DNA of 30,594 bases. Source: Bacteroidota bacterium. Lineage in GTDB: Bacteria > Bacteroidota > Bacteroidia > Bacteroidales > VadinHA17. The position numbers were made by a program, and so were the translations under genes. Shown here piece by piece: positions 25,581-30,594 of this stretch; the stretch's first letter is position 1, and each line of letters begins with the position of its first letter. The notes under the pieces were generated by a model, which was given only the letters and a program-made list of their open reading frames with translations, was not told the DNA's origin and did not search any database. The DNA is taken from NCBI GenBank assembly GCA_030628785.1, contig DAOVQI010000001.1, positions 1-30,594 of the forward strand, read 5' to 3'.

Positions 25581-28193
25581 ATGAAAAGGAAATTATTCTT
25601 AATGTTCATTGGAATGACATTTATTGTATTTAGCTTTTCTTGTGTTAACCAGGATAATCGCACGGTAATTATCCTGCCCCGGGAGGCATCAAAACAAGAG
25701 ACCCTTGCAGCTAAGGAGGTCAGACGATACATTTATCTGAGAACAGGAAAACTATTGGAAATCCGGGCAGTTAATTCCATCCCTGAAAAGGAAAAATCGT
25801 TCATTCTGTTAGGAGAAAAAAAACGGAAGATCTTTCAGGAGCCATTATTCCAAAATATCCGGCAGGAAATTAAGTATCTTTCCTCTGAAAACTATTTATT
25901 GAGAACAATTCATTCCGCTGGAAAAAAAATCCTTTTAATCACCGGAGGAGACCCTTCCGGAACATTGTACGGTGCATATGAATTTGCAGAAACAATAGGG
26001 ATCAGGTTTTATCTTCATGGCGATGTAGTTCCTGATGAAAAGGCCAAATTTGTATTCCCGGAACTCAGCAAATGCGGTAAGCCACTGTTTGAAACAAGAG
26101 GTATCCAGCCCTTTCACGATTTCCCTGAAGGACCTGACTGGTGGACTATGGATGATTATAAAGCAATCCTTTCACAGCTTCCGAAATTAAAAATGAACTT
26201 CATCGGGTTTCATACTTACCATGAAGGTGATGTTGGACCCGAACCTACCGTTTGGATTGGGTTACCCGAAGACCTTGCCAAAAATGGAAATGTAAACTTA
26301 AGCTATCCGACAAGGCATTTTAATACCATCAGCGGAACATGGGGATATAAACCAAAACCAACGAGCCAATACAGTTATGGAACTTCAGAATTATTCGACC
26401 GGGATGATTATGGAACAGAATATATGAACAATAAAATGCCCTGGCCGGAAAATTTAAAAGAAAGCAATGATCTGTTCAATAATGTCGGGGACTTTTTTGG
26501 TGAATCTTTTTTCTTTGCCCATGAACTTGGGATTCAAACCTGTGTTGGAACAGAAACACCTCTTGTGATTCCGTCACAAGTAAAGGAAAGATTAAAAAAA
26601 CTTGGAAAAGATCCGGATAACCCAAAAGTGATCCGGGAAATCTACCAGGGCATGTTCGAATGGATCAAAAGGAATTATCCTTTGGATTATTACTGGTTCT
26701 GGACACCTGAAAACTGGACATGGGGTGGAAATACACCCGAACAGCTGGCATTGACAAAACAAGACATCCAGGCGGCTATGAGTGCTGCGGAAAGCATCGA
26801 TGCCCCTTTCACACTTGCTACCTGCGGATGGGTACTGGGTCCGAAGGAAGACCGGGCCATGTTCGATAAATTCCTGCCCAAAGAAATGCCCATGAGCTGT
26901 ATCAACCGGCAGGTTGGATTTGCACCTGTTGAAAATGGATTTTTAAATGTAGAAAAACGGCCAAAATGGGCCATTCCCTGGCTTGAAGATGATCCGGCAA
27001 TGATCATTCCCCAATTATGGGTTGGCAGGATGAGGAAAGATGCCGCCGATGCACTTGCTTATGGTTGTACGGGATTATTGGGTATTCATTGGAGAACCAG
27101 GGTTCTCGGTCCAAATGTCTCTGCTCTCGCAAAAGCAGCCTGGGAACAGGAAAAATGGAATCCGGATTTTGGAAAAAAGATCATTGTAGACGAATCAGCT
27201 AAAATGGAAGGATCCCCAGGAGCTTATATTGATAAACCCCGGGATCTTCCAGTAGATGATTTTTATTCTGATTGGGCTTTGGTCAACTTTGGCAGAGAAG
27301 TATCTGAACCGATAGCTGAAATATTCATCCGCCTGGATGGGAATTCCATGGTTAACGATAAAAGTGCCCGAAAAGCAAATTTACCTCGTCCGGCAGAATG
27401 GGTTCAAGGACCAGGTGGAATTATTCCCGACCCGAGACCGTGGGAAGAAGCCTCTGAAGATTATGCTTTTGTTGATGAAATGGAAAACCTTATGTACAAG
27501 GTGAAAGGAGCGGGTAACCTCGATAGATTCAATTACTGGCTCAACAATTTCCGTTATCTCAGGGCTATGGGGAAATTTAACTGTACCCTTCACCAGTATA
27601 ACTCAGCATTAGACGAGGCTAAAAATGAAAAAAATCCGGAGGAACAAAAATCAGTTGCCAGGAATAAGGTATTACCGCTCAGAAGTCAACTTATGCATGA
27701 TATTGATGAGGTCTTTAATTATCTCCTGGCCACGGTCAATACAACCGGTAGCCTGGGAAATGTTACTAATTGGCAGCAACATGTGATTCCCATACAAGTA
27801 AATAACCGGTTGGATGAATTCAGAAATTACCTGGGAGAAGATCTCCCGGATTCAATTTTATTATCCGGGATATACCCGGGAAAGCCCAGAATAATCGTTC
27901 CAACTGTAAGAAATATCCTGGAGAAAGGTGAAGATCTTAAATTAAAAATCATTTGTTTAGGGATGAATCCAAAATACGGAACACTGTTATTCCGGAATCT
28001 TGGAGAGAAAAGTTTCGAAGAAACCGAAATAACACATGTCAATCGTGGAGTTTATTCAGCAGAAATTCCCGCTTCATCCATTCAGGACGATTTTGAATAT
28101 TATATTGAAGTTATGTCGGATACAGGCGAATTGTATCATTTCCCTTCAACATCACCTGAATTAAACCAAACCATTGTAATTTTTGAAAACTGA
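25581..28193 (+). CDS. Uncharacterised glycoside-hydrolase-like lipoprotein with GH20/GH67/GH89-type N-terminal domain
   Basis: ATG 25581 (4 nt after the M1 stop) gives the lipobox FSFSC; ETLAAKEVRRYIY and LITGGDPSGTLYGAYEF are typical of that N-terminal domain; then RGIQPFHDFPEGPDWW, GTETPL, DYYWFWTPE. Confidence 0.65.
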   Translation: MKRKLFLMFIGMTFIVFSFSCVNQDNRTVIILPREASKQETLAAKEVRRYIYLRTGKLLEIRAVNSIPEKEKSFILLGEKKRKIFQEPLFQNIRQEIKYLSSENYLLRTIHSAGKKILLITGGDPSGTLYGAYEFAETIGIRFYLHGDVVPDEKAKFVFPELSKCGKPLFETRGIQPFHDFPEGPDWWTMDDYKAILSQLPKLKMNFIGFHTYHEGDVGPEPTVWIGLPEDLAKNGNVNLSYPTRHFNTISGTWGYKPKPTSQYSYGTSELFDRDDYGTEYMNNKMPWPENLKESNDLFNNVGDFFGESFFFAHELGIQTCVGTETPLVIPSQVKERLKKLGKDPDNPKVIREIYQGMFEWIKRNYPLDYYWFWTPENWTWGGNTPEQLALTKQDIQAAMSAAESIDAPFTLATCGWVLGPKEDRAMFDKFLPKEMPMSCINRQVGFAPVENGFLNVEKRPKWAIPWLEDDPAMIIPQLWVGRMRKDAADALAYGCTGLLGIHWRTRVLGPNVSALAKAAWEQEKWNPDFGKKIIVDESAKMEGSPGAYIDKPRDLPVDDFYSDWALVNFGREVSEPIAEIFIRLDGNSMVNDKSARKANLPRPAEWVQGPGGIIPDPRPWEEASEDYAFVDEMENLMYKVKGAGNLDRFNYWLNNFRYLRAMGKFNCTLHQYNSALDEAKNEKNPEEQKSVARNKVLPLRSQLMHDIDEVFNYLLATVNTTGSLGNVTNWQQHVIPIQVNNRLDEFRNYLGEDLPDSILLSGIYPGKPRIIVPTVRNILEKGEDLKLKIICLGMNPKYGTLLFRNLGEKSFEETEITHVNRGVYSAEIPASSIQDDFEYYIEVMSDTGELYHFPSTSPELNQTIVIFEN

Positions 28194-28275
28194 TTTAATA
28201 TAACACTTATAACTGTCAGACTGAATAAACAACCTAATAAATAAGACCCATCCATTTCAAAAAGCAAAAACCGGA

Positions 28276-30384
28276 ATGAAAAAAAAACTGATGCGCTTTT
28301 CTGTTATTACATGTCTGATGATCTTCTTGACATTAATGAGTTTAGCCCAGACCCGTTATTTTTATATGTCTCCTGATGGGGATGACTTTAATCCCGGAAC
28401 CAGCGAAGCTCCCCTTGCCAGCCTTACAGGAGCCCGTAATGCCGTGCGGAATTACCGGAAGGATCATGGGTTGCAGGATACCATCCGGATCATAGCTACA
28501 GACGGTTGGTACCAAATGAAAGAACCGTTAGTCCTGGGTCCTGATGACGGCGGTGATAAACTATTTCCCATTATCTACGAAGCAGCCCAGTATGCACACC
28601 CTGTTTTCAGCGGAGGACAGGAAATCCAAAGGTTCAGGATCGTGAGCAACAAGCTCTGGAAAGCTGAGATCCCCGAAGTTCCTTACTGGAATTGGTACTT
28701 TGAACAACTCTATGTAAACGGGAAACGGGCTATCCGGGCTAAATCCCCAAATACCGGGTTTTTCCGGATGAAGAGTGTACAGGAAGAAGTCTGGGTTCGC
28801 GGTGAAGGCAGAGCTCCCCAACGTGCAAGACAAATCATAAATACTGATGAAACAGATATCACTCCTCTGTTTAATTTGGATAAAACCGACTTTCAACGGG
28901 TTGTAATGGTAGTATTTCACAAATGGGATATTACACGGCGTTCTCTGGATAAGGTAAAAACCGATCCATATCAGGTAATTACTTCCGGACAGGGCATGAA
29001 ACCATGGAATGCATGGAGGTCCGGACAACGGTATATACTTGAAAATTACCGCCAGGCTCTGGATACACCGGGTGAATGGTTCCTCGAGAAAGACGGGACT
29101 CTTTGGTACGTACCCAAACCCGGAGAAACCATAAAAAACACGCAATCAGTAGCCCCGGTTCTGGAAAAGCTTGTCATACTTAAAGGCGATCCAGCTAAAA
29201 AATTATTTGTGGAAAATATTCATTTCCAGGGTATATCTTTCCAGTATGCAGCATACCATATGCCTGCTGAGGGTTTTGAACCCAACCAGGCCGCTGCCGG
29301 TATTGAGGCTGTAATCCAGGCAGATGGAACCAGGGGCATTCGCTTCCTTAATTGTGAAGTAGCACATACCGGAACCTATGGGATCTGGTTCCGTGAAGGA
29401 TGTTCTGATTGCCTTGTGGAGCACTGTTATATCCATGATTTGGGGGCAGGAGGAGTACGCATCGGCGAAACCATCATCAGAGATGAAGAAGCCAGGCAAA
29501 GCCATCATATCCGTTTCAATAACAATATTATCCGTAACGGTGGGGCAATATTTCCCTGTGCTGTCGGGGTTTGGATCGGACATAGCAGCGATAACAGCGT
29601 TACTCATAATGAAATTGTCGATTTTTATTACTCAGGTGTTTCGGTCGGGTGGCGTTGGGGCTATGATTATTCCCCGGCAAAACGTAATACCATTTCATTT
29701 AATCATATTCACCACCTGGGGTGGGGATTGTTGAGTGATATGGCAGGAGTCTACACTCTTGGACCTTCCGAAGGTACAGTAGTGAACAACAATGTGATCC
29801 ATCATGTGGATGCTTATTCCTACGGCGGATGGGGATTGTATACCGACGAAGGCTCCAGCCACATCCGGATGGAGAACAACCTCGTGTACAAAACAAAAAC
29901 AGGAGGATTTCACCAGCATTATGGCAGTGAAAACCTCATCCGAAACAACATCTTTGCCCTTAATAAACTCTATCAACTCCAGTGTACACGGGTGGAAGAA
30001 CACCTTTCGTTTACTTTTTCAAACAACATTGTCTATACCCAGGAAGGTGTTCTTTTTTCAGGACCGTGGACATCCATTCAGGCATTATTAGAAAAAAACT
30101 GCTATTGGGACCTTCGGACAAAAGATCCACTTTTTATGGAAACCCATTTCTCCGAATGGAAAAAGCTGGGGCTTGATAAAGGGTCTATAATTGCAGATCC
30201 TTTTTTCATTGACCCACAGAACGGCAATTTCCAATTCAGTAAAAATAACACCTGGAAGAGGATTGAATTTGTACCTTTCGATCACTCCCAAGCAGGAGTA
30301 TATGGTGATAAAGAATGGGTAGAATTGGCCCGCTTTAATCCCGGTAAAGAAGAAGCCTACAAACGTAAAATATTGGAGGAATAG
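28276..30384 (+). CDS. Right-handed parallel beta-helix protein (GH141-like carbohydrate-active enzyme)
   Basis: Signal peptide; [22 protein letters not shown]; LDTPGEWF; repeated NNIIR/NEIVD/NHIHH/NNVIHH rungs; [10 protein letters not shown]; [11 protein letters not shown]. Confidence 0.8.
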   Translation: MKKKLMRFSVITCLMIFLTLMSLAQTRYFYMSPDGDDFNPGTSEAPLASLTGARNAVRNYRKDHGLQDTIRIIATDGWYQMKEPLVLGPDDGGDKLFPIIYEAAQYAHPVFSGGQEIQRFRIVSNKLWKAEIPEVPYWNWYFEQLYVNGKRAIRAKSPNTGFFRMKSVQEEVWVRGEGRAPQRARQIINTDETDITPLFNLDKTDFQRVVMVVFHKWDITRRSLDKVKTDPYQVITSGQGMKPWNAWRSGQRYILENYRQALDTPGEWFLEKDGTLWYVPKPGETIKNTQSVAPVLEKLVILKGDPAKKLFVENIHFQGISFQYAAYHMPAEGFEPNQAAAGIEAVIQADGTRGIRFLNCEVAHTGTYGIWFREGCSDCLVEHCYIHDLGAGGVRIGETIIRDEEARQSHHIRFNNNIIRNGGAIFPCAVGVWIGHSSDNSVTHNEIVDFYYSGVSVGWRWGYDYSPAKRNTISFNHIHHLGWGLLSDMAGVYTLGPSEGTVVNNNVIHHVDAYSYGGWGLYTDEGSSHIRMENNLVYKTKTGGFHQHYGSENLIRNNIFALNKLYQLQCTRVEEHLSFTFSNNIVYTQEGVLFSGPWTSIQALLEKNCYWDLRTKDPLFMETHFSEWKKLGLDKGSIIADPFFIDPQNGNFQFSKNNTWKRIEFVPFDHSQAGVYGDKEWVELARFNPGKEEAYKRKILEE

Positions 30385-30423
30385 GTTTGTGTTGATATAC
30401 CAGTGAAAGAACATAGTTTCACA

Positions 30424-30538
30424 AATTTACCCTGTGAAATATTGCTTTGCAATAAATCTTCGATTTATTGCAAAGGGTTCACCCAGTGAAATGCTGCTTC
30501 GCAGCAGTAGCTTTTGCCACTATTTCACGGGGTAAATT
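30424..30538. repeat. 115-bp composite inverted-repeat element (REP/MITE-like; may also act as terminator)
   Basis: Terminal IR AATTTACCCTGTGAAATA / TATTTCACGGGGTAAATT (17/18), enclosing CTTTGCAATAAATC-ttc-GATTTATTGCAAAG and TGCTGC-ttc-GCAGCA hairpins. Confidence 0.8.
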
Positions 30539-30594
30539 AAAAAACCCCTTAATTTTCAGGTTTCATAAATAATTAGTTAATAGTCGGCCCGCCC

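Noticed and set aside
666-30414. Numerous 60-200 aa ORFs overlapping long genes (e.g. 666-893, 7021-7362, 10698-11063, 20009-20602, 28561-29145)
   Set aside because: Antisense or alternative-frame shadows of well-supported CDSs, with no independent motifs.

Overview
Bacteroidota-like window (TAnnTTTG promoter boxes, lipoprotein CAZymes). Two carbohydrate/peptide-utilisation flanks (GH172/DUF2961; then DUF1080, ROK kinase, GH38, M1 peptidase, an uncharacterised GH-like lipoprotein and a beta-helix protein) surround a visibly AT-richer 14.9 kb accessory block. The block lies between two identical 36-bp hairpin-containing direct repeats (2565-2600, 17454-17489). It holds (i) a tightly packed minus-strand defence-like operon: PLD-nuclease/SNF2-helicase fusion, Eco57I-like N6-adenine methyltransferase, HTH-ImmA peptidase, DUF4411 PIN protein and a frameshifted DprA/SLOG-like gene; (ii) fossils of earlier versions of that locus (a diverged second copy of the methyltransferase 3' tail and a DprA-like fragment) around a candidate ~60-nt sRNA; (iii) an integrase-less array of three minus-strand genes separated by one intact and three decayed attC-like sites; and (iv) a sulfatase relic plus a signal-peptide-bearing fucose-isomerase-like gene. 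A Y1 (IS200-type/RAYT-like) transposase 3' end sits at the left edge, and a REP-like family (TACAATAAT leader + variable hairpin) occurs at 243-318 and 22944-23138. No rRNA, tRNA or CRISPR array was seen. All family assignments come from motif recognition by eye, not database searches.
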